A DNA stretch of 64,000 nucleotides. Origin: Alkalispirochaeta sp. (GTDB lineage Bacteria; Spirochaetota; Spirochaetia; DSM-27196; Alkalispirochaetaceae). Position numbers and translations under genes: made by a program. Under the pieces are notes generated by a model, which was given only the letters and a program-made list of their open reading frames with translations, made no database searches and had not been told where the DNA came from. Below are positions 1-11,231 of this stretch, piece by piece; the first letter of the stretch is position 1; each line of letters begins with the position of its first letter. The DNA lies in the NCBI GenBank assembly GCA_965242725.1, contig CBDESZ010000018.1:160001-224000 (forward strand), given 5' to 3'.

Positions 1-173
1 TGGCGGGGAAAATCGGTAGCCGAAAAGAGAACGATCTCGGGTTGGATCTCTTCGAGGTTGTCCATTCCCTTGATCGGATTGTTGTAATGAATGACGTCGG
101 CCTGTTGAAAGGTGAAGTTCTGTTCAAGAAAGGGTTTTAAATGCGCCGTATCGCTCACCAGCATCATTTTCAT
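1..173 (-). CDS. Conserved spirochaete protein, N-terminal part (receiver-like N-terminus; homologs I recall carry a C-terminal PilZ domain); runs off the window edge
   Basis: Hand translation from ATG at 173 gives MKMMLVSDTAHLKPFLEQNFTFQQADVIHYNNPIKGMDNLEEIQPEIVLFSATDFPR; ATGA overlap with the stop of the upstream gene. Confidence 0.6.
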   Translation of the reverse strand, partial: MKMMLVSDTAHLKPFLEQNFTFQQADVIHYNNPIKGMDNLEEIQPEIVLFSATDFPR

Positions 174-1138
174 GGCGTCAGCGCTTCATTGGGCAGGTTG
201 GTTACATCGTATCCGATGATCTCCCAGAATCCGTTGCGGCGTTCAAGACGGTAGACATACCGTTTGCGCTCCCGGTAGCGGTCAAAATCGAAATGCAGTT
301 CCGCGACGACGGTGCCTTCCGTCGGGGTATACGTGGTGCGCTCTATCTCGTATGAGTCGGGCACCACGGTCAGCCCGGTATCCCTCGGATCGGACTGTTC
401 TATAAGCTCCTGTCGAAACTCGTTCAGCGTCGCCCGCTGTTCAGCTTCGCTCATTTCCCTTCGGTAGCGGCGATCGCGGTCAGGTTCCTGTCGATAGAGT
501 TTCTCAAGATTGATATAGAGGAAGAAGCGTTCCCAGTTGGATTCCCTTCGGGCGTCAAGAAGATATCGAACGGTATCGTCCGGAGAGAGCTGCTGACGCT
601 GGAGTTCCCGGACTGCGATCGCCTGGAATCGCTCTTCCGTCCGTTCTTCCGGTGTATCTCCCGGCCTTATTGAGAGGGTGATCGTGTTTGAATGAATCGC
701 CGCCCGGCGGGAAAGACCTTTCAGCTCCGGATAAAATGCGACGCTCACACTGTAGAGCCCGGGGCTTTCAAAACGGATTGTGTCGGACAGACTTTCCACG
801 AAGCTGAAATAGTCTCCCGGTTCAAGACTGATCGTCCGGTAGTAAACTTGATTCACCCCGCCCTCTATGATAACGTCCCCTTCGGGTTCAATCCGTCGAC
901 CCTGATCGTCATAGATCAGAAATTCGACGTTGTAGGCACGATCGTCGGCGAGTCTGAATCGCTGCGTTTCCGGCGTCTCGTTCTGGATGGTGATATACAG
1001 TTCAATTTCACTGTCGGGAAAGTAGATATCCTCGTCGTAAAGACGAATTGTGACGTTCGGCGTCTGGGCCGACAAGGCGTAAGCGGTTAAAATAAATGTG
1101 CTCAGGAGAAGCAGACGAATTTTCGATAGTACCACCAT
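170..1138 (-). CDS. Exported hypothetical protein (signal peptide, beta-rich N-terminal domain)
   Basis: Long ORF; AGGAG RBS before ATG at 1138; hydrophobic N-terminus ending AYALSA-Q. Confidence 0.7.
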   Translation of the reverse strand: MVVLSKIRLLLLSTFILTAYALSAQTPNVTIRLYDEDIYFPDSEIELYITIQNETPETQRFRLADDRAYNVEFLIYDDQGRRIEPEGDVIIEGGVNQVYYRTISLEPGDYFSFVESLSDTIRFESPGLYSVSVAFYPELKGLSRRAAIHSNTITLSIRPGDTPEERTEERFQAIAVRELQRQQLSPDDTVRYLLDARRESNWERFFLYINLEKLYRQEPDRDRRYRREMSEAEQRATLNEFRQELIEQSDPRDTGLTVVPDSYEIERTTYTPTEGTVVAELHFDFDRYRERKRYVYRLERRNGFWEIIGYDVTNLPNEALTP

Positions 1139-1153
1139 AAAGCTCCTATTATT

Positions 1154-4100
1154 ATGTCGGCGAATCATACCACAACATTACTCTACGACCAATTAACCTC
1201 CCGTCTCAAGGACCACCGAGGTCTCTCAGATCTTCTGGGCGGGGTCCGCCTTGGAAGCCTTCCCAAATTTGTACGGGGGGCGAAATCCGGCTTTATCGGT
1301 TATATTCTGGTCAGGCTGCTGCGCAGCTCAAACAAGCCGTTGTTCGTCGTTGTACCCAATGAGAGCGAAATCAACGGGGTTCTGACGGATTTGCGGCTCT
1401 TCGGTATACACGGTGTCGTCTTTCCTTCCTGGGGAACCGGAGCGTATTCACAACCCTCCCTTACCTCCGCAACGTGGGGGTTGCGTATGCGGGCCCTTGT
1501 GACCCTTCATCACGGCACACCCGACGTTGTGGTAGCGCCCCTCAGGGCGATCAGCGCGACCGGTCCCGATCCCGCGGCCATTCAAGGAAGTATTTTCCGC
1601 CTCAACGTCGGCGATACCTTTGATCCTCTGGAAATTTCACAACGCCTCTCCTCCATGGGCTATTGGAGAGTGCCCCGGGTCACCGTCCATGGAGAATATG
1701 CCGTACGGGGTGAAGTTCTCGATATTTTCCTCCCGGGCTTTGATGAGGCGTGCCGCATCGTCTTTGATTTCGATACGATATCGGAAATCCGCTATTTTGA
1801 TGTTGATACCCAGAGTTCGACAGCCAAGGCGCACATGGTCGAGCTCTATCCACTCAGGGAAGTTGTATGGAACGCCGACTCTCTGGATGAACTGCGCGGA
1901 ACGGCCGGTTCATGGCCGGAGTTGCGTCACACCGGAGAAGAACTCGAGCGTTTTCGTCTTGAGGACGAGGCGTCGTTGCCTGCTCCCTACTGGGCGTCGG
2001 CAATGAAGGGCAACGTCTCTATTCTGGATCACCTTGCACCGTCGACAAGAATCGTATGGCTGGATCGGCAACGTCTTCTTGCGGCGTCTGAAAGTTATCG
2101 CAAGGAACATGAGTCGGTCTTTGCCGCGGAACATTTTCGTCGTGCCTTGCCTCGTCCTGATCGTCTCTTTGTCGGCGTGGAGGAGCTGATCTCCCGGAGC
2201 GAAGAACGGTCGGTCATCTTCGAGTCCCTCGTTGATTCTCTGACTCCCGGGCTATCAGATTCGGGTGTGATCCGCCGCGATCCTTTTTCGGAAATGTATC
2301 GTTTTTGAAAGAGGAACTGTCAAACCTGGTGGCAGGAAAAAACAAGGTTTTCGTGCTTGCCGATACGGAGGCTCAGCAGAAGCGAATATCCTATCTTCTG
2401 CAGGACTTCGATGTGACCGTTCAAACGGGGCATATTTCAGGCGGCTTTGCACTGCCGGAACAGAAGATCGTCGTTATACAGGAAAACGAGATTTTCGGTC
2501 GGAGGCGGCGCGCCCCTGCAAGCCTGAAAAAGACCGAAAGCGCTCCGATAGACACCTTTGTCGAGCTCGATGAAGGGGACTTTGTCGTTCACGTGAACTA
2601 CGGAATCGGCCTCTTCCAGGGCATTCAGCGCATGACCGCCGCGGGAAACGAGCGGGATTATATAAAGCTGGAATACGCCGGCGGCGAGACGGTATTTACA
2701 CCCATAGAACAGGTAAACCTGATTCAGCGCTACATAGGATCAGGTGGAAACCCGCCGCGCCTCGACACAATCGGCGGTAAGTCGTGGGAAAAACGCAAAA
2801 GCACCGTCAGGAAGAATGTCGAAGACCTTGCGGATCGCCTGATTTCGCTGTACAGCCGACGGCAGCGGGTGAAAGGGTACGCGTTTCCACCGGATACGGA
2901 GTGGCAGCTCGAGTTTGAATCATCATTTCCCTATGAGGAGACGGAAGACCAGCTGCGATGTATCGCGGAAATAAAACAGGACATGGAACGGCCCCAGCCG
3001 ATGGATCGCCTCGTCTGCGGCGACGTTGGATACGGCAAGACCGAGCTGGCACTCCGTGCCGCCTTCAAGGCGGTAACCAGCGGGAAGCAGGTGGCGTTCC
3101 TCGCCCCGACAACGATCCTTGCGGAACAGCACTACGAAAACATGGTGGACCGGTTTGATCGCTTCCCGGTCCGTCTGGAGATGCTTTCCCGCTTTGTGGA
3201 CAAGCGCCGTCAGCGCGCCGTTGTCGACGGTGTGGCCAGCGGAGAGGTGGACATCATCATCGGGACGCACCGCATCCTTCAAAAGGATATCCATTTTCGC
3301 GACCTCGGTCTCCTGATCATTGATGAGGAACAGCGTTTCGGGGTCAAAGCGAAAGAACGCCTCAAGGAACTGAAGACAAATGTCGACAGCCTGACCCTGA
3401 CGGCGACACCGATCCCCAGAACCCTTCACATGTCACTCCTGAAAATTCGGGATATGTCCCTCCTGACCACGCCGCCCCATAACCGCCATCCCATTCAGAC
3501 GTCCATCGCCGAGTTCAACGAGGAACACGTCGCCACGGCGATACGGAGAGAGGTGGAGCGGGGTGGACAGGTTTTCTTTCTTCACAATCGGGTACAGACC
3601 CTTGAAAATGTCGCGGAGTTCATCCGTAAACTCGTACCTGAGGTCATGGTTGAGTCTGCCCACGGCCAGATGAAGGCGCATGAACTTGAAGATATCATGC
3701 ATCGGTTCATCCACAACTCGTTTCAGGTTCTCGTGGCAACGACGATCATTGAAAACGGAATCGACATTCCCAACGTGAACACGATCATCATAGACCGGGC
3801 CGATATGTACGGAATCTCCCAGCTCTATCAGCTGCGAGGGAGAGTGGGACGAAGCGACAAAGTTGCCCACGCCTACCTCCTGTACCCGGAGCAGCGCGCC
3901 CTGTCCGAGCTGGCGATGAAGCGGCTCCAGATTATCGGTGATTTCACCGAACTGGGGAGCGGCTTTAAAATTGCATTGAAAGACCTGGAAGTACGCGGCG
4001 CGGGCAACCTCCTGGGCAGTCAACAGAGCGGCGACATCCTTTCGGTCGGATTTGACCTCTACCTGAAGCTGCTTGAAGATGCGATAGAGCGCCGGGGTGA

Positions 4101-4563
4101 AGAGGAAGGGACCGAAGCGGTTGACGAGGTATACCTGGAGCTGGAGTACAGCGGATTCATTCCATCCACCTACATAGAAGAACCGATGGAAAAGATGGAA
4201 GTCTACAAGAAGATCGCCTCCGTTGCGTCGGAGTCGCAATTGGAAGCACTTATCGGAGAAATTGAAGACCGCTTCGGTCCCATGCCTGAAGAGGTTCACA
4301 GTCTCCTGGCGCTCTCGGAAATACGCATTCTTGCATCCCGTCTCAAGATCGTTTCCATGAAGGAGCGTAAAGGTGAACTCTTCGTTGAATTCGGCAGAGT
4401 TGCGACGATCTCCGTCGATCGCGTGCTTGCCCTTATCAAGAACTCCGGAGGAACTGTTCGGCTCGATCCGCAGCGCCCCAATGTTCTGATTATGGATACC
4501 GGAAGGATCGGTCTCAAAGAAAAATCAGAGTTTATACGCGGGCGCCTTGCCCAGCTGCTGTGA
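1154..4563 (+). CDS. mfd: Transcription-repair coupling factor Mfd, split by one frameshift near 2240-2260
   Basis: UvrB-homology N-terminus ([13 protein letters not shown]); CarD/RID domain (VVHVNYGIG); [36 protein letters not shown]-terminus. The second frame reads [17 protein letters not shown] upstream of 2305, so the two ORFs form one gene. Confidence 0.93.
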
Positions 4564-4588
4564 TACCAGGGGAGGTACGAATATCGTC

Positions 4589-5296
4589 ATGAAACGGGAT
4601 CAGCAAAATCGATCGACCCTCGGACAGATCAAAAGTTACGTCATCAGGACGACACGCATGAGTCCCGCTCAGAAGCGCGGCTGGGAGCAGTTTTCCGACC
4701 ACTTTATCGTGCCCTATCAGGAGGGAAACACTCTGGACGAGAGCCGCCTCTTTCCGGGGCGCGCGGACCGCCCGCTGATCATGGATATCGGTTTCGGAAT
4801 GGGCCGGGAACTTGCGGAGCTGGCGGAAACTCATAAGGATTTCAACTATATCGGTGTTGAAGTCCATCCACCGGGGATAGGGCGGCTTCTCCTTGATCTG
4901 GGGGAGCGGGGCATTACAAACGTGCGTATCATCCCTCACGACGCCGTGGAAGTGTGTCACCACATGGTACGTCCCGGTCAAATGGAGGGGATTCATCTCT
5001 TTTTCCCCGACCCCTGGCCGAAGGCGCGCCACCATAAGCGCAGACTGGTCCGTCAGGGCTTTCCGGAACTCATAGCGCCCGTCGTAAAGGACGGCGGATA
5101 CCTTTATGCAGTCACCGACTGGGAAGACTATGCGGAGCAGATACGGGACGTTATGGATCACGCAAACGAGTTCTCCCGCGACACCGAGCGATATGAAGCG
5201 TTGCAGCAGGTGCGTCCCAGGACGGCTTTTGAGCGAAAAGGTCTTGCAAAGGGTCACGCGATTTTCGAATTCGTATATAGACGTCGTCCACGGTAG
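4589..5296 (+). CDS. trmB: tRNA (guanine-N7)-methyltransferase
   Basis: DIGFGMG, GVEVH, FFPDPWPKARHHKRRL, TDWEDY and TAFERK motifs. Confidence 0.95.
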   Translation: MKRDQQNRSTLGQIKSYVIRTTRMSPAQKRGWEQFSDHFIVPYQEGNTLDESRLFPGRADRPLIMDIGFGMGRELAELAETHKDFNYIGVEVHPPGIGRLLLDLGERGITNVRIIPHDAVEVCHHMVRPGQMEGIHLFFPDPWPKARHHKRRLVRQGFPELIAPVVKDGGYLYAVTDWEDYAEQIRDVMDHANEFSRDTERYEALQQVRPRTAFERKGLAKGHAIFEFVYRRRPR

Positions 5297-5388
5297 CGGT
5301 CCCGGTAGCAGCTTCTCGACGGTGCAGGGCGACGATCGTCGAATTGCCGCTTCTCACACTCGAGGTACTCCTGATATGCTCGTCTCAT

Positions 5389-6746
5389 ATGAACACGCAC
5401 GAATATTTTGCCCAGAAGGCGCCGCTCGCCGACCGGAAGAATGTCATTCCTCCGGAGCTGCACAAGAAATACAACACAAAGCGGGGATTGCGTAACGACG
5501 ACGGTACCGGTGTACTTGTAGGCCTGACGGAAATCGGCGAGGTCCACGGATATATCATAGATGATCAGGAACGGGTGCCTGATCACGGAAATCTCTGGTA
5601 CCGCGGGTTGAGCGTTGAAGATCTCGTGCGCGGATTTCAGCAGGATCGACGATTCGGATTTGAGGAAACGATTTACCTCCTGCTGTTTGGTGAGCTTCCG
5701 TCCGAGGCGGAACTGTCGGCGTTGAAAGAGGTTCTCGGGGCGTTGCGGCGCCTTCCCGACAACTTCACGGAAGACATGATCCTCCGTGCGCCCAGTCGGG
5801 ACATCATGAACAAACTTGCCCGCTCGGTCCTGGCGGCGTACTCATATGACGAAAAGGCTGAAGATCACTCGATAGAAAACGTACTGCGACAACTTGTGGA
5901 ACTGATCGCACGATTTCCAACGATGGTTGCCTACGGCTATCAGGCATCTGCGCCATTACTTCCACAGCGAAAGTCTCTACATTCACGCGCCCCGATCCCG
6001 ATCGATCGACGGCGGAAAACCTTCTCGCGATGGTCAGACACGATCAGGGCTTTACCGACCTGGAAGCGGAGACGCTGGACCTCGCGCTCGTGCTGCACGC
6101 GGAACACGGCGGCGGTAACAACAGCGCTTTTACGATACACGTCGTCTCATCGGCGGATACCGACAGTTACAGCGCCGTTGCAGCGGCAGTGGGATCCCTG
6201 AAAGGGGCGAAGCACGGCGGGGCGGCGGGCCGCGTACGCGAGATGATGGCCGATATACAAGCCAATGTGAAAGACTGGGGTAACGACGAGGAAGTGGCCG
6301 CCTACATCAGAAAGATCATGCGCAAGGAAGCGTTCAACAGAACGGGACTTGTCTATGGTGTCGGACATGCGGTGTATACCCTCTCTGATCCGCGGGCCGT
6401 CCTTCTGGAAGAGAAGGCGCGGGAGCTGGCGGAAGAGAGTTCCCACATGGAGGAGTACGAGCTCTACCGGAAAGTCGCCGAGCTCACACCCCGGGTTTTT
6501 CAGGAAGAAAAAGATACCGATCGGGTCATCGCGCCGAATGTCGATTTCTACTCCGGTTTTGTCTACTCCATGCTCGGCATACCGGTAGAGCTTTTTACAC
6601 CCATTTTTGCAGTTGCCCGGATTGCGGGATGGTCCGCGCATCGCATAGAAGAGATCGTGAGCGGCGGGAGAATCATGCGTCCCGCCTTCAAGAATGTCCT
6701 GAAGCACAGGGGTTACGTTCCGCTGTCGGAACGGAACAGGCAATAA
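5389..6746 (+). CDS. gltA: Citrate synthase (citrate/2-methylcitrate synthase family), with two +1 frameshifts near 5947 and 5992
   Basis: GLRNDDGTGVLVGLT, LWYRG, LHAEHGGGNNS, GAKHGGA, GVGHAVY, DPRA, NVDFYSG, ARIAGWSAH spread over three successive frames. Confidence 0.9.
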
Positions 6747-6809
6747 AAAAGCCGCGGTTTCCCGATGACGGAACCGCGGCATACTCAGGAAACGCCGTAG
6801 CGGCGTTTC
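6745..6809. terminator. Two tandem hairpins between convergent gltA and EF-G-like gene; the first has an A6 run (U-tract on the minus strand)
   Basis: AAAAAA-GCCGCGGTT...AACCGCGGC (6745-6780) and GAAACGCCG-TAG-CGGCGTTTC (6789-6809). Confidence 0.75.
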
Positions 6810-6814
6810 GATCG

Positions 6815-8881
6815 TTACTCCTCTTCGTGACGGTAGGTGGAGCCGGCGATAATTTCGTCGGCTATCTTTCCCTGAACCGGATCGTAGTGGTCGAAGGTCA
6901 TTTCAAAACTACCCGTACCGGCTGTCATTGACTTGAGGTCAATTGCATACCGCAGAAGCTCGGCCTGCGGCACGAGGGCGTCTATCTCCACGATGCCGCC
7001 ACCGAGCTGTTCCTGTCCAAGGACGCGTCCGCGTTTGGAACTCAGATCGGAGAGGACGTCTCCGAGGTACTGATCCTCGATGAAGACGGCAAGCTTCATG
7101 ATCGGCTCAAGGAGCACGGGACCACACTTTTCCATCGCCTGTCGCAGGGCCCCTCGGGCGGCAATCTTGAAGGCCATTTCCGAAGAGTCTACGGGATGCT
7201 CTTTTCCGTCAAAAAGGACGATACCGACATCACGAACGGGATATCCCGCGAGGACGCCATGTTCCATCGCTTCGTGCAGTCCCTTTTCGATTCCCGGTAT
7301 GTATCCTTTGGAGACGGACCCGCCTTTGATTTCATTGGCGAAGTCGTATTCCTGACCCCGCTCCAGGGGCCTGACGCGAACATGAACCTCACCGAACTGG
7401 CCGTGTCCGCCGGATTGCTTCTTGTGGCGATAGCTCGTCTCCGTGGACTTTGTAATCGTTTCGCGATAGGCGACGCGGGGTGGCCGCGTTTCCACTTCTA
7501 TCTTCTGCGACGCCTTGATTTTATTCAGAATTGTATTTATGTGAAGTTCGCCCATCCCGGCAATGACGGTTTCATGTGTTTCCGGGTCGAATGTGACGGT
7601 GAAGGTTTTATCCTCTTCGGTAACACGCACGAGCTGTTCATTGAGCTTGTCCTCGTCCTTCTTGCTGCCCGCAGAGATGGCGAGGCTGTAGACCGGCTGG
7701 GGAAGGGCGAGGGGACGAAAATGCATGTACTGGTCCGGTGTATGAAAGGTGTCATTGGTGTGGGCGTCGCCGATCTTTGACATGACGCCGAGATCACCGG
7801 CATCCAGTTCATCGACGTCACTCAGCTTCTTGCCGATGGTCGTGTAGAATTTGCCCGCCTTTTGTTTTTTTCCGTCCCGTTCGATGACAAATTCCGTATC
7901 GGACTTGAGAACGCCGCCCATGATTTTCACAAAGGACAGCTTGCCGCTGAACTGGTCCAGCGTTGTCTTGAAGGTAAGCGCCGCAAAGGGCCCATCCGCG
8001 GAAATGGTGAATTCCGACTCGTTTCCTGACTGATCGACGACGACTTCCCGCACGCCTGCCGGTGAAGGAGTAGCCCATGTGATAAAGTCAAGAAATACCT
8101 GAAGGCCTGCATTGTTCAGAGCGCTCCCGCAAAAGACGGGGACAATCTTGTTGTCCCTGATGCCTTCAGTGATGCCACGGTGAACTTCATCCTCCGTGAG
8201 ATTTTCCTCTTCCAGATACTTCATCGTCAGTTCGTCGTCGCCTTCGGCGGCGGCCTCGATGAGTTGAGCCCGGTATTCTTCAACGGCGCTGTTCATTTCC
8301 GCGGGAATATCGGCGGGTGCCGACGCGCCTGCGGCCCAGTATTTCATACCGATCAAGTCAATGACCCCGGTGAAATCTGCGCCGAGACCTACGGGAACGG
8401 TAATGGGAACTACCGTCGCCTCAAACTTTTCCCGAAGATCGTCGAGGGTCTTGTCGTAGTCCGCGCGTTCCTCATCCATTTTGTTGATGAAAACGATGCG
8501 GGGCATGTTCCGCCTGTCCAGACGGCGCCATAGTTTGATCGTTTCAATTTGAATACCCGCCCGGGCACCGACCAGCATGATTGCAGATTCAGCGGCGCGA
8601 AAAGCGGTCACTACCTCTCCCACAAAATCGGAGGCCCCTGGTGTATCCAGAATGTTGATCTTGTGATCATTCCACTCTACATGGCTGAGAGATGTGTGGA
8701 TGGAAATACCGTTCTCAACCTCTTCGGGAGTGTAGTCGCTGACCGTTTTCCCCGATTCCACCGTCGCCGGCTCCGAAATTGCCTTTCCGACAACCAGGAG
8801 CTGTTCAACGAAGGAGGTTTTACCGGTTGCTCCGTGTCCCGCAACCGCGATGTTTCGAATCATTTCTGTGCTGTACGCCAT
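6815..8881 (-). CDS. fusA2: Elongation factor G-like protein (EF-G II type, divergent G domain)
   Basis: GHGATGKT, NGISI, DTPGA, NKMD, GSAL; GMGELH; domain IV KQSGGHGQFG and HPVDSSEMAF; LLEPIM. Confidence 0.9.
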   Translation of the reverse strand: MAYSTEMIRNIAVAGHGATGKTSFVEQLLVVGKAISEPATVESGKTVSDYTPEEVENGISIHTSLSHVEWNDHKINILDTPGASDFVGEVVTAFRAAESAIMLVGARAGIQIETIKLWRRLDRRNMPRIVFINKMDEERADYDKTLDDLREKFEATVVPITVPVGLGADFTGVIDLIGMKYWAAGASAPADIPAEMNSAVEEYRAQLIEAAAEGDDELTMKYLEEENLTEDEVHRGITEGIRDNKIVPVFCGSALNNAGLQVFLDFITWATPSPAGVREVVVDQSGNESEFTISADGPFAALTFKTTLDQFSGKLSFVKIMGGVLKSDTEFVIERDGKKQKAGKFYTTIGKKLSDVDELDAGDLGVMSKIGDAHTNDTFHTPDQYMHFRPLALPQPVYSLAISAGSKKDEDKLNEQLVRVTEEDKTFTVTFDPETHETVIAGMGELHINTILNKIKASQKIEVETRPPRVAYRETITKSTETSYRHKKQSGGHGQFGEVHVRVRPLERGQEYDFANEIKGGSVSKGYIPGIEKGLHEAMEHGVLAGYPVRDVGIVLFDGKEHPVDSSEMAFKIAARGALRQAMEKCGPVLLEPIMKLAVFIEDQYLGDVLSDLSSKRGRVLGQEQLGGGIVEIDALVPQAELLRYAIDLKSMTAGTGSFEMTFDHYDPVQGKIADEIIAGSTYRHEEE

Positions 8882-8951
8882 GGACGCTCCTCCTGAGATG
8901 TATGAGCGTATATTGTTGAACGGTCAATGAAACGTGTCAAGAAAAAGTTAC

Positions 8952-10985
8952 CTATTTACCCTGTTCCGCCGGTGCGAAGTGAGAAAACTCCATCGCGTAG
9001 TTACCGCGGCCCTGTGTGGTGCTTCGCAGGGCGGTACTGTATCCGAACATCTTTTTCAACGGCGCCTCGGCGACAATGTGCTCAACACTCGGTCGGCTTT
9101 CAACGGAATGGACGATACCGCCGCGAGTGGTTATTCCGTTAATGGCGTCACCCATAAATTCCTTCGGGACGAGGACGTCCACTTTCATGACCGGCTCGAG
9201 GAGGATCGGGGCGGCGCCGAGGCAGGCACCGTCAAAACCGTGTGCCGATGCCGCCTCAAAGGCGAATTCCGTTGCCGTCTGCTCATCGTACTCCGCGTCG
9301 GTCAACTCCACCCCCACGTCGATACAGGGGTATCCCAAATGAATACCCGAAGAAAAACCGGCGAGGATTCCCCGTTCACAGGCAGCTGCAAATTGAGGCG
9401 GCAGTTTTTCCGGGGAGACGTGATTTTCAAAGTGGTTTCCTTCGCCCCGCCGGCGTGAATAGACGCGCAATGTAACGGATGCGTTGTTTTCCTTCCCTCC
9501 GATGACCTTGTGAAAGACTTCCCTGTGTTCATTGGTCGCCGATACGCTCTCGCGATAGGTGACCTGGGGATTACCGACTTTCGCCTTCACGTTGTAGTCG
9601 TCGATGACGCGGGTGACCAGTACATCCAGGTGAAGTTCTCCCATTCCGGAAATGATCAGTTCTCCGGTATCGTCGTCTTCCTTCCAGATGAAAGTCGGGT
9701 CTTCACGGGTGAGTATTTGAAGCACTTCCTTGAGACGCTCCCGTTCGCTCAACGTTTGCGGCTCGATTGCGACTGAAATGACTGGCTGGGGGAAGTGCAT
9801 GCGCTCAAGGACGACGGGGTATCCTTCACTGCCGATAGTGTCACCGGTCTGGGCAAGCTTAAACCCCACCACGACCGCTATGTCACCGGCCTCGATACGA
9901 TCCACCTGTTCCGTCCGATTGGCGTGCATGCGCAGTATCCGGTTCACCCGCTCGCGCTTCCCCTGATTGTGGTTGAACACCGCAACCCCAGACTTGATCG
10001 TTCCCTGATAGACCCTTACAAAGGAAAGACTTCCCGCCTCGCGATCGGCCTGAATTTTAAAGACCATCGCGACCGCCTGCCCTTCGGTTGTCCGTTCCAC
10101 ATGCACCGGCTCGCCCTTTTTGGGATGTATGCCGGTGATCGGCGGGAGTTCGTCGGGGGCAGGAAGGAAGTCGACGATGCCGTCCATGAGGGGCTGTACG
10201 CCGATATTCCGAAGACTTGCGCCGACGTAGACGGGAAGGAGCTCCCGGTCCAGCGTCTTGTCCCGCAGGATCCCCCGAATCAGCTCCGGGGGCACCGGCT
10301 GTTCTTCAAGCAGCAGTTCCGTAATTTCGTCGGAATAGGTGCTCACCGTGTCCATCAGCGACTCATGCCAGTGATCGGCCAGATCCCGGAGCTCCTGGCG
10401 GATAGGGCGTTTCTCAAAATGTTTGCCCTGTTCCGTATCGATCCAGTGAAGCTCCTCCATGCCGATAAGATCGATCGTTCCCTCAAACTCGTTCTCCCGT
10501 CCAATGGGCAGGAACAGGGGCACCGGCCGCGCTTTGAGTTTCTCTTCAATTTCCGTCAGGACGGCAAAAAAATCGGCACCGATGCGGTCCATCTTGTTGA
10601 CAAATGCGATCCGGGGAACCTCATACGCATCCGCCTGATGCCAGACCGTTTCCGACTGCGGTTCCACGCCGCCGACGGCGCAAAAAATCGCGACCGCACC
10701 GTCAAGGACGCGGAGACTCCGCTCGACTTCGGCCGTGAAATCGACGTGCCCGGGTGTATCGATGACGTTAATTGTGTGGTCCTTCCACTGAATCTGCGTC
10801 GCCGCCGAGGTGATCGTGATTCCCCGGTTCTGTTCCTGGACCATCCAGTCCATCGTCGCCGAACCGTCGTCCACCTCTCCGATGCGATGTGATTTTCCGG
10901 TATAATAGAGGATCCGTTCCGTTGTTGTTGTCTTTCCGGCGTCGATATGCGCCATGATTCCGATGTTGCGTATGTTACGTGCCAT
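8952..10985 (-). CDS. fusA: Elongation factor G (canonical G domain, divergent domain IV; spirochaetal recycling-type EF-G2-like)
   Basis: [55 protein letters not shown]. Confidence 0.93.
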   Translation of the reverse strand: MARNIRNIGIMAHIDAGKTTTTERILYYTGKSHRIGEVDDGSATMDWMVQEQNRGITITSAATQIQWKDHTINVIDTPGHVDFTAEVERSLRVLDGAVAIFCAVGGVEPQSETVWHQADAYEVPRIAFVNKMDRIGADFFAVLTEIEEKLKARPVPLFLPIGRENEFEGTIDLIGMEELHWIDTEQGKHFEKRPIRQELRDLADHWHESLMDTVSTYSDEITELLLEEQPVPPELIRGILRDKTLDRELLPVYVGASLRNIGVQPLMDGIVDFLPAPDELPPITGIHPKKGEPVHVERTTEGQAVAMVFKIQADREAGSLSFVRVYQGTIKSGVAVFNHNQGKRERVNRILRMHANRTEQVDRIEAGDIAVVVGFKLAQTGDTIGSEGYPVVLERMHFPQPVISVAIEPQTLSERERLKEVLQILTREDPTFIWKEDDDTGELIISGMGELHLDVLVTRVIDDYNVKAKVGNPQVTYRESVSATNEHREVFHKVIGGKENNASVTLRVYSRRRGEGNHFENHVSPEKLPPQFAAACERGILAGFSSGIHLGYPCIDVGVELTDAEYDEQTATEFAFEAASAHGFDGACLGAAPILLEPVMKVDVLVPKEFMGDAINGITTRGGIVHSVESRPSVEHIVAEAPLKKMFGYSTALRSTTQGRGNYAMEFSHFAPAEQGK

Positions 10986-10994
10986 GAAGGTCCG

Positions 10995-11037
10995 ATCATA
11001 CCGCGTATTGACAGGAATGTCAGCCGCGTGGTATCTT
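10995..11037. promoter_or_regulatory. Overlapping back-to-back sigma70-type promoters for fusA (-) and tRNA-Val (+)
   Basis: Plus strand: TTGACA(11008-13), 18 nt, TATCTT(11032-37) with upstream TG. Minus strand: CTGACA(11023-18), 17 nt, TATGAT(11000-10995). Confidence 0.7.
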
Positions 11038-11049
11038 CCGCGGACTTCA

Positions 11050-11122
11050 GGGCGAATAGCTCAGCTGGGAGAGCGCCTGCCTTACAAGCAGGATGTCGGG
11101 GGTTCAAATCCCTCTTCGCCCA
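11050..11122 (+). tRNA. tRNA-Val(TAC), CCA not encoded
   Basis: Acceptor stem GGGCGAA/TTCGCCC; D-arm TAGCTCAGCTGGGAGAGC; anticodon arm CCTGC-CTTACAA-GCAGG; T-loop GGTTCAAATCC. Confidence 0.97.
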
Positions 11123-11127
11123 CTTTT

Positions 11128-11167
11128 AAAGCCTTACAGAGTAAGCAATTAACTCTGTAAGGCTTTT
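11128..11167 (+). terminator. Perfect 15-bp inverted repeat directly after the tRNA (terminator and/or att-associated hairpin)
   Basis: AAAGCCTTACAGAGT-aagcaatta-ACTCTGTAAGGCTTT(T). Confidence 0.8.
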
Positions 11168-11231
11168 CTATACTATAGCAGATGCATGGTATATGCATTT
11201 TATTCATAGAATCCACTAACATATACAGCAA

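Noticed and set aside
2305..4563. Treating the mfd, gltA, crt and pdx fragments as separate genes or programmed frameshifts
   Set aside because: Each pair joins into one canonical protein with a single-base correction, and no slippery heptamer plus stimulator is evident
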